Assembly: GCA_965223265.1 (NCBI GenBank)
Contig: OZ244999.1
Location: 736,001-800,000 of the forward strand
DNA from: Planctomycetota bacterium
Lineage (GTDB): Bacteria > Planctomycetota > UBA8108 > SXIK01
Length of the DNA: 64,000 bases
Direction: 5' to 3'
Shown: one piece after another, positions 1 through 9,200 of the stretch
Layout of the letters: every line of letters starts with the position of its first letter
How positions within the stretch are numbered: the stretch's first letter is position 1
Translations under genes and position numbers: made by a program
Notes under the pieces: model-generated
What the model was told of the DNA's origin: nothing
Databases searched by the model: none
Seen by the model: only the letters and a program-made list of their open reading frames with translations

Positions 1-333
1 ACGGCCTCAGCGGGCGACGGACAGCGGATCGTTATCGGCCTCGAAAGCTCTCTCCTGTCGTGAATCCCGGTGCGTGGCAGGCTCGGTTCGGTTGCCCCGT
101 GCGCGACGCCCCGGTATTCTACTGAGGTGAGTCTATCGGCTTATTGGCTCTGAATTGGAGCCGCTGAGTCTTGGTCCAGCCGCCCTCTCTGCGGTTTTCG
201 GACTGGCGCGCCGGCTGCCGCTGAAGGCGGGTGCGTCGGAGATTCACCGACAGTCGTCGTTTTCCTCTTTAGTCACTCCTCATCTATGCGACGCCGCGTT
301 CTCAAGCGGTCGTCGCAAGCGGGCTATCGCTTC

Positions 334-2343
334 ATGGCTTCGGATAAGGAAGAACGGTCTCCCGAGGACTCCGCGGGAGGCGGCCAGCTGCACCGATTTC
401 TCGATCGTCTCCCGTGGGAGAAAACTCTCATCTGGGGATTGATCCTGCTCGCGGTTTATCAGCTGCGCAGCTTCTTTTTCCTCATCTTCATGACGTTTCT
501 TATTAGCTACTGCTTAAGAAGCATCGCCATGTGGCTGCAGAGGTTGATCTCGCCTACGCGCGAGCGACTGTGGCTCGAACGCCTGCTGACGATCGGCTGC
601 TTCGTGTTCCTTCTTTTCGGACTCGTCGAGCTCGGCTTCTATCTTGGACCGCGACTGCGCGACCAGGGAGAGAAGCTGATCGACCGCGTGTCGCGAATGG
701 ATCCCGGAAAGCAACTGACGGAGGTGCTGAGCGACACTCTTGGCCCTGTCCTCTTTCGCTTGAAATACGGCGATGACGACGATGAACGCTACAAGGAGGC
801 GTTCGCTGAGTTCAGAAAGACGGGACTGCGAGTTGTTGAGTTTCAGGAGTTCGACGACCTGCGTGACAGTTTGCAGGAGAAGTTCAATCTTCAGGTGGAG
901 CGCGAAGCCGCGCGTCAGATCGAGGATGACATCTCGGGCGCGCGTCAACCGAAGCCGGATTACGAAAGCTGGTTCAGCACGGTCAAGGCTCCAGAGATTT
1001 TCGAGAGCGATCAGGACCGCTGGCTGAGCGCGGCACGTGCCAGTCACCAGGCGAAACGGCTCCTTAACAAAGAACTTCCGGAGTTTGACAAGGTCAGCGA
1101 GGAAGGAGTTGAAGCCGCTGTGAACGAGGAGATCGTCAGAAGCTGGCTCGCTGACGACGACCGAGCGCTGGGTACTCAATCCGAATGGAAGACGTATCTC
1201 ATCGAGACGCGCACCAAGGAATTGCTAGCAACTGCCGAGAACGAGGCGAAGTTCAAGGAGTATTTTGAAACCGAGCGAAGCGAGAATCCTGATCGCATCC
1301 CGTACGACTATCCGCACTATATCGAGTTGCGCAAGGCATTCGATGATGGCAAAGAAGCGTTTTCTAACTACCTCCAGAGCGTCGACCATCTAACCGAAGT
1401 GGTCGACGAGGAGGAGCTTCTGCGGAAGCAACAGGAAGACTTTCGTTCGTCCGAACAGTACGCCTTGACTCAAGAGTGGCAAGACGGTCAAGGGCCGCTC
1501 GCGAGCACGATCAAGCAGGCGATTGCCGAGTACACTCCGGATGTTGATTGGGCGCGGAGTTTTTTCACGGAAGCTTTCAAAGTGCCCATGGCGCTCGCGT
1601 GGTCGTTACTACTCAGCCTTTTCATCACACTCGACTTCACGCGCATTCGAAACGGAGTGCAGCGCCTGAAGGATAGCCGCCTACGAAAGTTCTACCTTGA
1701 GATCGCGCCAAGCCTCACGAGTTTCGGCCGGCTCATTGGGCGGGCGTTTTTGGCGCAGGGGGCGATTGCGATCTGCAACACACTGCTGACCTATGCGGCG
1801 ATCAAGCTTCTGGGAATTCAGAACGAGGTTTTTCTCTGCGCGATTGTTTTCGTCTGCAGCTTCATTCCAGTTCTCGGCGTCGTTCTGTCGAGTGTGCCGA
1901 TCGCCGTCGTCGCTGTCGTCCAACCGGACGGGAGTCTGATCCTAGCGGTTAAGGCGATCATCGCCATTCTGGTCATCCACTTTATTGAGACGAGCCTCCT
2001 GAACCCGAAGATCATCGGCGATATGCTCCACTTGCACCCCGTGATGGTCCTCGCGGTGCTCTTCGTCGGACAACACTTTTTTGGTGTTTGGGGACTCCTG
2101 CTGGGGGTGCCTGTCGCAGTTTATATCATACGCTTCGTCATTCTCGACGAGGGCATTCCGGGTCTGATTCCACGCGAGCCATCGAAGGGCACTCATAGTC
2201 GTAGTCCACCTCCTTCGCGCGCTCAGGAGGTCACCGACTCTAAGGTGGCGGAGCCCACCCACGAGCCCGCCGCGCGCTCCGGCCAGGTCCTTGCCCTTAT
2301 GGGCCGGGAGAGTAGCGGCGAGGGGAGTTCGGACGCGCCGTAA
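334..2343 (+). CDS. AI-2E family transporter with large soluble insertion
   Basis: Two N-terminal TM segments, a ~300-aa charged region, then the AI-2E C-terminal core (SFIPVLG...ETSLLNPKIIGDMLHLHPVMVL...GVWGLLLGVPVA). Start taken at ATG 334. Confidence 0.85.
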   Translation: MASDKEERSPEDSAGGGQLHRFLDRLPWEKTLIWGLILLAVYQLRSFFFLIFMTFLISYCLRSIAMWLQRLISPTRERLWLERLLTIGCFVFLLFGLVELGFYLGPRLRDQGEKLIDRVSRMDPGKQLTEVLSDTLGPVLFRLKYGDDDDERYKEAFAEFRKTGLRVVEFQEFDDLRDSLQEKFNLQVEREAARQIEDDISGARQPKPDYESWFSTVKAPEIFESDQDRWLSAARASHQAKRLLNKELPEFDKVSEEGVEAAVNEEIVRSWLADDDRALGTQSEWKTYLIETRTKELLATAENEAKFKEYFETERSENPDRIPYDYPHYIELRKAFDDGKEAFSNYLQSVDHLTEVVDEEELLRKQQEDFRSSEQYALTQEWQDGQGPLASTIKQAIAEYTPDVDWARSFFTEAFKVPMALAWSLLLSLFITLDFTRIRNGVQRLKDSRLRKFYLEIAPSLTSFGRLIGRAFLAQGAIAICNTLLTYAAIKLLGIQNEVFLCAIVFVCSFIPVLGVVLSSVPIAVVAVVQPDGSLILAVKAIIAILVIHFIETSLLNPKIIGDMLHLHPVMVLAVLFVGQHFFGVWGLLLGVPVAVYIIRFVILDEGIPGLIPREPSKGTHSRSPPPSRAQEVTDSKVAEPTHEPAARSGQVLALMGRESSGEGSSDAP

Positions 2344-2696
2344 CTGGTCCAAAAGAGCCTGCGGCAGCGTGGCTGGGTTTTCCGGTGAGCTCCGTGGCGC
2401 ACTGGGCTTGCGGCTTCCTCGATGCACGATCCCGCCTGTGAGCCGGTTCGTCTTGAGCGGGCTATTGAGCCGGTGGCCTACGTCTGGGGCTGGAGGGTGC
2501 AGGACCTCCTGACGCGGACGAGGTTATCTGCGCTCACTCGCGTCTACTGGCCTCCCCTTTTCTGCCCAGTGGTCAAGTCTCGCCCCTTCTCAGCCGACCC
2601 ATAAGGTAGTAGATTCTGTCGACGGCTGCACCGCGATTGAGTTGGCGGCTCAGCGACGCTCGTTTTTTCGGACCAGGTTCGAGGCCAAGAGCCGAC

Positions 2697-3836
2697 ATGC
2701 CAAGAGAGTCTTCCTCGAGCCCTAGCGAGAGCGGGGCGCCTCAGCACTCCACGACAGATCGTGGAGATTCGTCCCGGCCATCGGGTGCGTGGCGCAAGGT
2801 CACCTCTCAGCTCTCCCGCCTGCCAGGAGTCGAGCAGCTACGTCGGCTCTTCGGAGGCTCTAAGGACGCGGCAGAGCAGGCACCTGCCGGGAGACGCAGA
2901 CGGGCTACCCGTCTGACCTCTACGTCTGATCCCGATGCTCCAACGCGCGTTTCGTCAAGTGATCCGGCCCAACAAGAGCAACTAGTGCTGGTTGCGGTCA
3001 ATCCGCATCGCGCCTACGTTCATTGGCAGTTGGCCGAATCCGAAGTCGAACGGACGCGTGAGCGTTTGCGCGATTTCGCTCCCGGCTTCGTGTTGCGGAC
3101 GCACGACGTGACCGACGTGGAGTTCGACGGCACGAACTCTCGCAGTCGGTTCGACTTGAGCGTGGATCAGATCGCGGGGTCACACTATCTCGAGTTCAAA
3201 GAACACGCTGTCACCATTTTTTGTGAGCTCGGTCTGCGATCGGCGCGCGGAGAGTTCGTTGCCTTGGCGCATTCGAACGTACTGGTGCTCCCGCGTGCGG
3301 TCGAAAGCAGCGATGAAACCGAGCGCAGTCTTCGGGTCAACCGAAGCCGATCGGTCCTTTGGCAGGCGCGCCAGGCGCCCTTAGGTCGTTCGGTCGTGAC
3401 GTCGGGCGTGCCGGTCGCGGAAGCGGCGGTTGATCCGGACGTCGCCTACGTGGATTGGGACGCACCGCCCCGGGAGGCGTCGGCACAAGACGTGCGGACA
3501 CCCCTTGTTTTCGGGTTGTCGTCGCTCTCCGGCGTTGGATTGAGCTCTGGAGAGCTGAACGGAGATCGTGGCGGCGAGCGATCATCCACTGGCGCACACG
3601 GCGTTCCGAGTTCTGGCTCGCTCGCTTCGTGGTCTCGTCAGGAGGAAGATCGAAGCGCCCATCATGACGGTGAGATTCAAGCCGACCTCGTGGTGTACGG
3701 ACGCGGTGTACCCAAAGCTGACTTGGAGATCGCAGGTGTCCGCGTGCCGATCAAGAACGTACCGGTCAGGGCCGACGGAACATTCGAGTTGCGTGTCGCG
3801 CTCCCCAGTTCTTCGCTCGACGACGCGAAACGGTAG
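2697..3836 (+). CDS. DUF4912 domain-containing protein
   Basis: LVLVAVNPHRAYVHW...LRTHDVTDVEFDG...ELG...LAHSN, plus C-terminal ADLVVYG...VRADGTFELR; lies directly upstream of a GH57 gene, the usual context. Confidence 0.8.
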   Translation: MPRESSSSPSESGAPQHSTTDRGDSSRPSGAWRKVTSQLSRLPGVEQLRRLFGGSKDAAEQAPAGRRRRATRLTSTSDPDAPTRVSSSDPAQQEQLVLVAVNPHRAYVHWQLAESEVERTRERLRDFAPGFVLRTHDVTDVEFDGTNSRSRFDLSVDQIAGSHYLEFKEHAVTIFCELGLRSARGEFVALAHSNVLVLPRAVESSDETERSLRVNRSRSVLWQARQAPLGRSVVTSGVPVAEAAVDPDVAYVDWDAPPREASAQDVRTPLVFGLSSLSGVGLSSGELNGDRGGERSSTGAHGVPSSGSLASWSRQEEDRSAHHDGEIQADLVVYGRGVPKADLEIAGVRVPIKNVPVRADGTFELRVALPSSSLDDAKR

Positions 3837-3865
3837 CGACAAGCGTGCCCACACGGCGAGCATAG

Positions 3866-6800
3866 ATGAGGAAGAACGCTCTCGGCTATTTGACGCTGGT
3901 GCTGCACGCGCACCTGCCCTTCGTCCGTGACCCGCGCCACGACAGGTTTCTAGAAGAAAACTGGCTTTTCGAGGCGCTCACCGAGACGTACCTGCCGCTC
4001 CTCATGATGTTCGACGGGTTGATACGTGACCGCGTCGACTTTCGTCTGGCGATGACGCTCACCCCAACTCTCGTCTCGATGCTCGACGACGAGCTCCTGC
4101 GCGAGCGTTTTGAGCGACGGCTTGGCGAGCTCATTGAACTCAGCGAGAAAGAGACGCAGCGGCTCGGTAGCGAGCCTGAGCTGTACGAGCTCGCGAGTTT
4201 CTACCACGATCGACTCCGCGCTCAGGGCGCATTCTATCGCGACCGATGTCAGCGCGACGTCACCGGGGCTTTCCGGCGGCTTCAGGACAGCGGACGGGTC
4301 GAGATCTTGACGTCAGCGGCGACGCACGGATTCCTGCCAATCCTGCGGCATGAACCCGCCGCGGTGCGCGGCCAAATTGCCGTGGCTGTCGACCACTACT
4401 GCGACCGTTTCGGTCGGCAACCGGAAGGTATCTGGCTCCCCGAATGCGGTTATTATCCTGGACTGGACGAGACGCTTCGCGACGTCGGAATTCGCTACTT
4501 CTTCGTCGAGAGTCACGCGCTCCTTCACGGCAGTTCTAGACCGAAGTACGGCGTCTACTCTCCGACCGTTTGTGAGTCTGGAGTTGCAACCTTCGCTCGC
4601 GATCCGGAGTGTGCGAAACAGGTGTGGAGTGTCAAAGAGGGCTTTCCTGGCGCTCCGGACTATCGAGAGTTCTACCGAGACATTGGTTTTGACCTGCCAC
4701 TGGATTATGTCGGTCCGTACATTGCCCCTGATAGCGTTCGTATTCAGACCGGATTGAAGTACTACAGGGTCACCGGCGATACCGACGCCAAAGAACCATA
4801 CGTCCGTGCGCGCGCCCTGAGGCAGGTCGAGGAGCACGCTGAACTCTTCTGCAGATGGCGTTGTGAGCAGATGGAATGGCTCGCAGGGCAGATGGACCGG
4901 CGCCCGGTGATTGTCGCCCCTTACGACGCAGAGCTCTTCGGGCATTGGTGGTTCGAAGGGCCGGAGTGGTTGGATGCACTGCTTCGACGCGTCGCGCAGA
5001 CCGGCGAAAAGCTCATGACAGCGACACCGTCTGAGTATCTCGCGGAATACCCAGAAGCTCAGGTCGTCACGCCTGAGGCTTCGAGTTGGGGAGCGGGCGG
5101 ATACAGCGAAGTGTGGATCAATCCAGACAACGACTGGATCGTACCGCGCGTACTGCGAGCGTCGCGCGAGCTGGCGCAGCTTTCGTTTGTCCACACCGGC
5201 GCCCAAGGAAGGGTTCGACGTGTACTCAATCAAGCGAGTCGAGAACTTCTGCTCGCCCAGTCGAGCGATTGGGCGTTCATCATCCGCAATCGAACTGCAG
5301 CTGAGTATGCCGCTCAGCGTGTCAACGAACACCTTGAGAACTTTGAAACGCTTATCGAGCCAATCGGGTCGGTGGGTAGCGGAGAACTGTTCGACGAGTC
5401 TCGCTTCGCGGCGATCGAAGCTCGCAACAATCTCTTCCCGGACATCGATTTCGAGCACTTCGCGGAACAGCGTGAGCGCCCCTCATATGCAGTCAGCAGT
5501 CGACCGCTGCACATCGCATTTTTGGCGGCGGAGGCCGCCCCGTTTGTCAAGGTTGGTGGGCTTGGCGATGTCGCTGCCGCGTTGCCGCCGGCGCTTGCAG
5601 AGTGGGGGCGCCGGGTGACAGTGGTGTTGCCAGGGTATCGCGCGATCGATCGCGACAAGCATAAGGTCAAACCTCTTGCCGGTGGCCTTCGAGTCCCGGT
5701 GGGCGGCCGTGACGTGGAGTTCGAGCTGCTTGAAGCGGCCTCGCCCGCAGAGGGGGTGCGCGTCATCCTTGTCGGCCAGGATGAATACTTTTCTCGCGAT
5801 GGTGTCTACGTTGATCCGATCAGTGGCGAAGAGTATCCAGACAGCGCCGAGCGATTTGTTTTCTTCACGCGGGCGGCGCTGGAGGCCCTTCGTGAGCTGG
5901 GACACCGAGTTGACGTGGTTCACAGTCACGATCATCAGACAGCGCTGGCATCGGCCTATGTGAAGTTTCACTATCGCGATGATCCCGTTGTCGGGCTCGC
6001 AGCATGCGTCTATACACTTCACAATTTGGGCTATCAGGGCGACTACGATGCAAGCGCGTTGGAACTTGCAGGTTTCGGCCTCGACCAGTTCTATCCCGGC
6101 AGCGATTTCGAGCACCATGGCCGCGTCAACTTCATGAAGCTCGGGATCCAATTCGCTGACAAAGTGAATACCGTGAGCGAGAACTACGCACGGGAAATCC
6201 GCACCGACGAGTCGCTTGGCGCCGGGCTCCGTTCCGTGCTCGAAGCGCGTGGGGAAGACTTCCAAGGGATTCTCAACGGTATCGACGTTGACACTTGGGA
6301 CCCAGCCAAGGATCCGTTCCTTCCGCACAGCTACAGTGCGGATGTCCTGGACGGAAAGCAGGCATGTAAGATCGAGTTAATGGATGCCTCGGGCCTTGAT
6401 CGTCCGAACGGTGGTGTTCCACTCGTTGGTATGGTCACACGCCTCGTAGACCAGAAGGGGCTTGACCTTGTGGAGGAAGCGTTGCCGCAAATGCTTGAAC
6501 TTGGGATCCAGCTCGTCGTGCTTGGCACGGGGATCCCGCGCTACGAGGAGTATCTCCGCCAGGTGGCAGAGCAGAATGCCGGCGTCGTGGCGGCGTTGAT
6601 CAAATTCGACAATCGCCTCGCGCATCTGATCGAAGCGGGGTCGGACATGTTTCTCATGCCGTCACTCTACGAACCGTGTGGGCTCAACCAGATGTACAGC
6701 CTGCGCTACGGTAGCGTTCCGGTCGTTCGCGCCACAGGAGGATTGGCCGACACGGTGATCGACAGTGACGCCCATCCGGCACGAGGTGTTGGCTTTACGT

Positions 6801-6979
6801 TTTCCCCCTACACCGCGGCCGCGATGGTCGACGCTCTCGCACGGGCGGTCAGGGCGTATCACGAGGCCGAGCGTTGGCGAGAGATTCAACGTCGCGGCAT
6901 GACGCGGGACTACTCGTGGGGAGTGTCAGCGCTCAAATACGTCGATCTGTACGCTGACGCGTTGAGGACACGGACCTGA
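3866..6979 (+). CDS. glgA: Fused GH57 1,4-alpha-glucan branching enzyme (DUF1957) and glycogen synthase (GT5)
   Basis: GH57 motifs HAHLPFV, GIWLPECGY, APYDAELFGHWWFEG and AQSSDWAF in aa 1-530; GlgA motifs KVGGLGDV, TLHNLGYQG, GILNGID, RLVDQKG and PSLYEPCGLNQMYSLRYG in aa ~547-1037; one continuous ORF. Confidence 0.92.
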   Translation: MRKNALGYLTLVLHAHLPFVRDPRHDRFLEENWLFEALTETYLPLLMMFDGLIRDRVDFRLAMTLTPTLVSMLDDELLRERFERRLGELIELSEKETQRLGSEPELYELASFYHDRLRAQGAFYRDRCQRDVTGAFRRLQDSGRVEILTSAATHGFLPILRHEPAAVRGQIAVAVDHYCDRFGRQPEGIWLPECGYYPGLDETLRDVGIRYFFVESHALLHGSSRPKYGVYSPTVCESGVATFARDPECAKQVWSVKEGFPGAPDYREFYRDIGFDLPLDYVGPYIAPDSVRIQTGLKYYRVTGDTDAKEPYVRARALRQVEEHAELFCRWRCEQMEWLAGQMDRRPVIVAPYDAELFGHWWFEGPEWLDALLRRVAQTGEKLMTATPSEYLAEYPEAQVVTPEASSWGAGGYSEVWINPDNDWIVPRVLRASRELAQLSFVHTGAQGRVRRVLNQASRELLLAQSSDWAFIIRNRTAAEYAAQRVNEHLENFETLIEPIGSVGSGELFDESRFAAIEARNNLFPDIDFEHFAEQRERPSYAVSSRPLHIAFLAAEAAPFVKVGGLGDVAAALPPALAEWGRRVTVVLPGYRAIDRDKHKVKPLAGGLRVPVGGRDVEFELLEAASPAEGVRVILVGQDEYFSRDGVYVDPISGEEYPDSAERFVFFTRAALEALRELGHRVDVVHSHDHQTALASAYVKFHYRDDPVVGLAACVYTLHNLGYQGDYDASALELAGFGLDQFYPGSDFEHHGRVNFMKLGIQFADKVNTVSENYAREIRTDESLGAGLRSVLEARGEDFQGILNGIDVDTWDPAKDPFLPHSYSADVLDGKQACKIELMDASGLDRPNGGVPLVGMVTRLVDQKGLDLVEEALPQMLELGIQLVVLGTGIPRYEEYLRQVAEQNAGVVAALIKFDNRLAHLIEAGSDMFLMPSLYEPCGLNQMYSLRYGSVPVVRATGGLADTVIDSDAHPARGVGFTFSPYTAAAMVDALARAVRAYHEAERWREIQRRGMTRDYSWGVSALKYVDLYADALRTRT

Positions 6980-7160
6980 GCCGGGAGCGCGCAGCGACGC
7001 GAATCACCGCTCCACCGTTTGTAGGGGGGCTCTCTCGACTCGGTGGTCCGTACCCGCGCCGGAGTCGGTCTGCGTCCCCATTGCTGCAAGAGAGAAGCGC
7101 TTCACGCGATGACTTCGCCGCGCCCGTCGAGAGGGTGTGTGGTGCCCTAGGTCCATGCGC

Positions 7161-7207
7161 GATTGCGATGGCGTGCGGGCGTGGGTGTCCATGACGGTGG
7201 GTGTGGG
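7161..7207 (-). repeat. Degenerate hexamer array, C-rich block (CCCACG/CAATCG-like units on the minus strand)
   Basis: Reverse complement reads cccacacccacc...cacccacgcccgcacgccatcgcaatc, the same unit types as at 13404-13487. Confidence 0.55.
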
Positions 7208-7235
7208 CAGACCAGCGCTCGGTGTGTGAGTCAGT

Positions 7236-7442
7236 CCCGACAGTTGCACAAGTTTTTGCAGGAAGGGCTCAGAAACCCTTTCCCTGAGGTTCGATCGGCA
7301 GTTGAGGGACGTCGTGGCGGACCACGTTTGGTGAGGTTGACGGTGTGCCGTGTTCCCCCTCGCCCACGCACACCCACACGCAAACTCTCACTCAGTCGCA
7401 ATCGCGCACGGTCTTAAGGTGCGTCTCTTTTGCAACGTTGGG
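7236..7442. mobile_element. MITE family B, copy 1 (207 bp, 6-bp TSD GTCAGT)
   Basis: Near-identical to 42814-43198. Imperfect TIRs CCCGACAGTTGC / GCAACGTTGGG; GTCAGT at 7230-7235 and 7443-7448. Confidence 0.8.
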
Positions 7443-7446
7443 GTCA

Positions 7447-7505
7447 GTCTCAGTCTCTGCCTCCGCCTCCGTTTCTGTTTCCGCCTCCGTTTCTGTCTCC
7501 GCCTC
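7447..7505 (-). repeat. Hexamer array, G-rich block (GAGRCR/GAAACR on the minus strand), interrupted by the IS110 element and continuing at 9160-9187
   Basis: gtctca gtctct gcctcc gcctcc gtttct gtttcc gcctcc gtttct gtctcc gcctc|IS|t gcctct gcctct. Confidence 0.8.
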
Positions 7506-7556
7506 AGAAACTATGGGCCGTCCTCGTGTACCATAGTCTTTTTTAGGAGTGAAGAG

Positions 7557-8684
7557 ATGGCAACAAGAACGACCCAGGGACAGCTTACCGACATGAGCGA
7601 AGTTCTTCACGTGGCAATTGACGTTGGCAACACAACGTGGAAGCTCGTCAGCGGTGTTGCGGGGAGCCGGCCGCGCTGCAGGACGGTCGAGGCGGGAAAC
7701 CTTGCGGAGTTTCAGGAAGAGCTCTCGAAAGCCAAGGCGCGCTTGCGCCTTTCGCCGCAAGCTGAGGTGGTGAGCTGCTACGAAGCTGGCCGCGATGGAT
7801 TCTGGCTGCACCGTTGGCTCGTAGACAGTGGGATCCACAACGCCGTCATTGACCCGGCTAGCTGCGAGGTCGATCAGCGCGCCAAGCGTCAAAAGACCGA
7901 TCGCCTCGACGGAGAGAAGATGCTCGATCTTTTGATCCGTCACCACGGCTCGTCGCGCAGCCCACTGCGCGTTGTCAACGTGCCGAGCGTGCAGATCGAG
8001 GACGAGCGCCGCCTGCCAAGAGAGCGTCAGCGCCTTGTCAAGGATCGCACTCGGCACATCAATCGCCTCAAGGACATGTTGATCAAGTTCGGCATCCGCG
8101 CCCGCCTCAAGAAGCTGCCTGAAATCATCGACACGTTACGCGGCCCCGATGGATCTGCGATCCCCCCGCATGCCAAGGCAGGCATGCTACGCGAGCACGC
8201 TCGGCTGCAGCTTGTCGAAGAGCAAATCGCTGAGATTGAGGCCGAGACTCTCGAAACGCTCACCAACTCGCCGGAGGCCTGCAAGAAAGTCGGCAAGCTC
8301 AACAGCCTGCGCGGCATCGGCATGTACACTGCCGCAACGCTCTACTACGAGTTCTTCTGGCGTAAGTTCAACAATCGCCGTGAAATCGGAGCCCTGGCAG
8401 GAATGGTGAGCGTTCCCTGGCGCAGTGACAACATCAAACGCGAGCAAGGAATCAGCAAAGCTGGCAACGGGCGTGTACGCACACTCATGGTTCAGGCTGC
8501 CTGGAACTGGCTGCGCTTTCAGCCACAGAGCCAGCTATCTCAATGGTTCTGCCAGCGCTATGGGCCAGGCACCAAGCGCTCGCGCAAGGCGGGAATCGTC
8601 GCCTTAGCCAGAAAGCTGCTCATTTCGCTCTGGCGATTCCTCAGCACTGACGTACCACCTCCGTTGGCACGGCTCAGTTCCTAA
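7557..8684 (+). CDS. IS110 family transposase/recombinase
   Basis: DEDD RuvC motifs VAIDV, CYEAGRDGFWLHR and KTDRLD; C-terminal LRGIG, PWRS and GISKAGN. AGGAG SD precedes ATG 7557 (alternative start 7593). Confidence 0.95.
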   Translation: MATRTTQGQLTDMSEVLHVAIDVGNTTWKLVSGVAGSRPRCRTVEAGNLAEFQEELSKAKARLRLSPQAEVVSCYEAGRDGFWLHRWLVDSGIHNAVIDPASCEVDQRAKRQKTDRLDGEKMLDLLIRHHGSSRSPLRVVNVPSVQIEDERRLPRERQRLVKDRTRHINRLKDMLIKFGIRARLKKLPEIIDTLRGPDGSAIPPHAKAGMLREHARLQLVEEQIAEIEAETLETLTNSPEACKKVGKLNSLRGIGMYTAATLYYEFFWRKFNNRREIGALAGMVSVPWRSDNIKREQGISKAGNGRVRTLMVQAAWNWLRFQPQSQLSQWFCQRYGPGTKRSRKAGIVALARKLLISLWRFLSTDVPPPLARLSS

Positions 8685-9140
8685 TTCGATGACCAGCAAC
8701 AGGCTCAACACACCAACCCAACTCAAACGGAGGGACCTGCAGGGCTGACTCGGATTCTTGGCCGACTGTAGGACGCGTTCGAGCAGAGGCTGGGCTGGCT
8801 TTCCAAGCCGCCGTGCTTCTCAGAAGGAACCGTCCTTGTCGGTTCGCCTGCCGCGATGCGAACGCAGTATCAGGTGATCCGCCAGAGAGCGGACACGCAT
8901 AGGAGTTGGCCGCGAGGCGCTTTGCCGCCCCGGCGCTCAGAGCGAACCGAACACTTGGCTTCTTTACCGCCAGCCCAAAGACAACACAGCACTACTACGA
9001 AAATGATCTCTCCCGCGTGCGGTACCTTCCGGGCTGCACAGAGCCCGGGGGCGCTCTACCCGCCGCCCCCCGGACCCCCAGGCAACCCAACTGCCCCACG
9101 TCGGATTGAAGACAATCAAGAAAAGAAAGCTCCCCCGTTG
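8685..9140 (+). ncRNA. Candidate bridge/seek RNA region of the IS1111-type element (exact ends unknown)
   Basis: GCAGAGGCT (8783-8791) is complementary to AG+CCTCTGC (core plus right target flank); CATAGGAG (8898-8905) is identical to the predicted circle junction. Confidence 0.65.
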
Positions 9141-9143
9141 ACA
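9138..9143 (+). promoter_or_regulatory. Outward-facing -35 box (TTGACA) of the IS circle-junction promoter
   Basis: On circularisation it reads TTGACA-17 nt-GAAACT upstream of the transposase, as described for IS1111-type elements. Confidence 0.6.
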
Positions 9144-9200
9144 ACAGTCGGACCATAGGTGCCTCTGCCTCTGCGCCTCTGGTCTCCTTTTTCCCCGTAG

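Larger units (their letters stand above)
7506..9159 (+). mobile_element. IS110 family insertion sequence, IS1111-type architecture
   Basis: Subterminal inverted repeats CTATGGGCCG (7511-7520) and CGGACCATAG (9149-9158); ATGG lies 7 nt from the left end and CCAT 3 nt from the right end; long 3' non-coding region; removing the element restores the hexamer phase. Confidence 0.8.

Noticed and set aside
4313-6328. Long antisense ORFs (also opposite ptsP, msrP, sodA and GH84)
   Set aside because: Shadow frames of GC-rich coding sequence opposite well-supported genes.
7501-7505. GCCTC (also at 9161-9165) as a 5-bp TSD of the IS110 element
   Set aside because: It is simply the repeat unit; the 7/3-nt subterminal repeat geometry, the 17-bp promoter spacing and the CATAGGAG match favour ends at 7506/9159.
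7350-7556. Long N-terminal extension of the transposase ORF
   Set aside because: It runs through MITE B and the repeat tract outside the IS boundary.
8856-9158. 100-aa ORF in the IS right end
   Set aside because: Low-complexity, no motifs, and it overlaps the expected non-coding RNA region.
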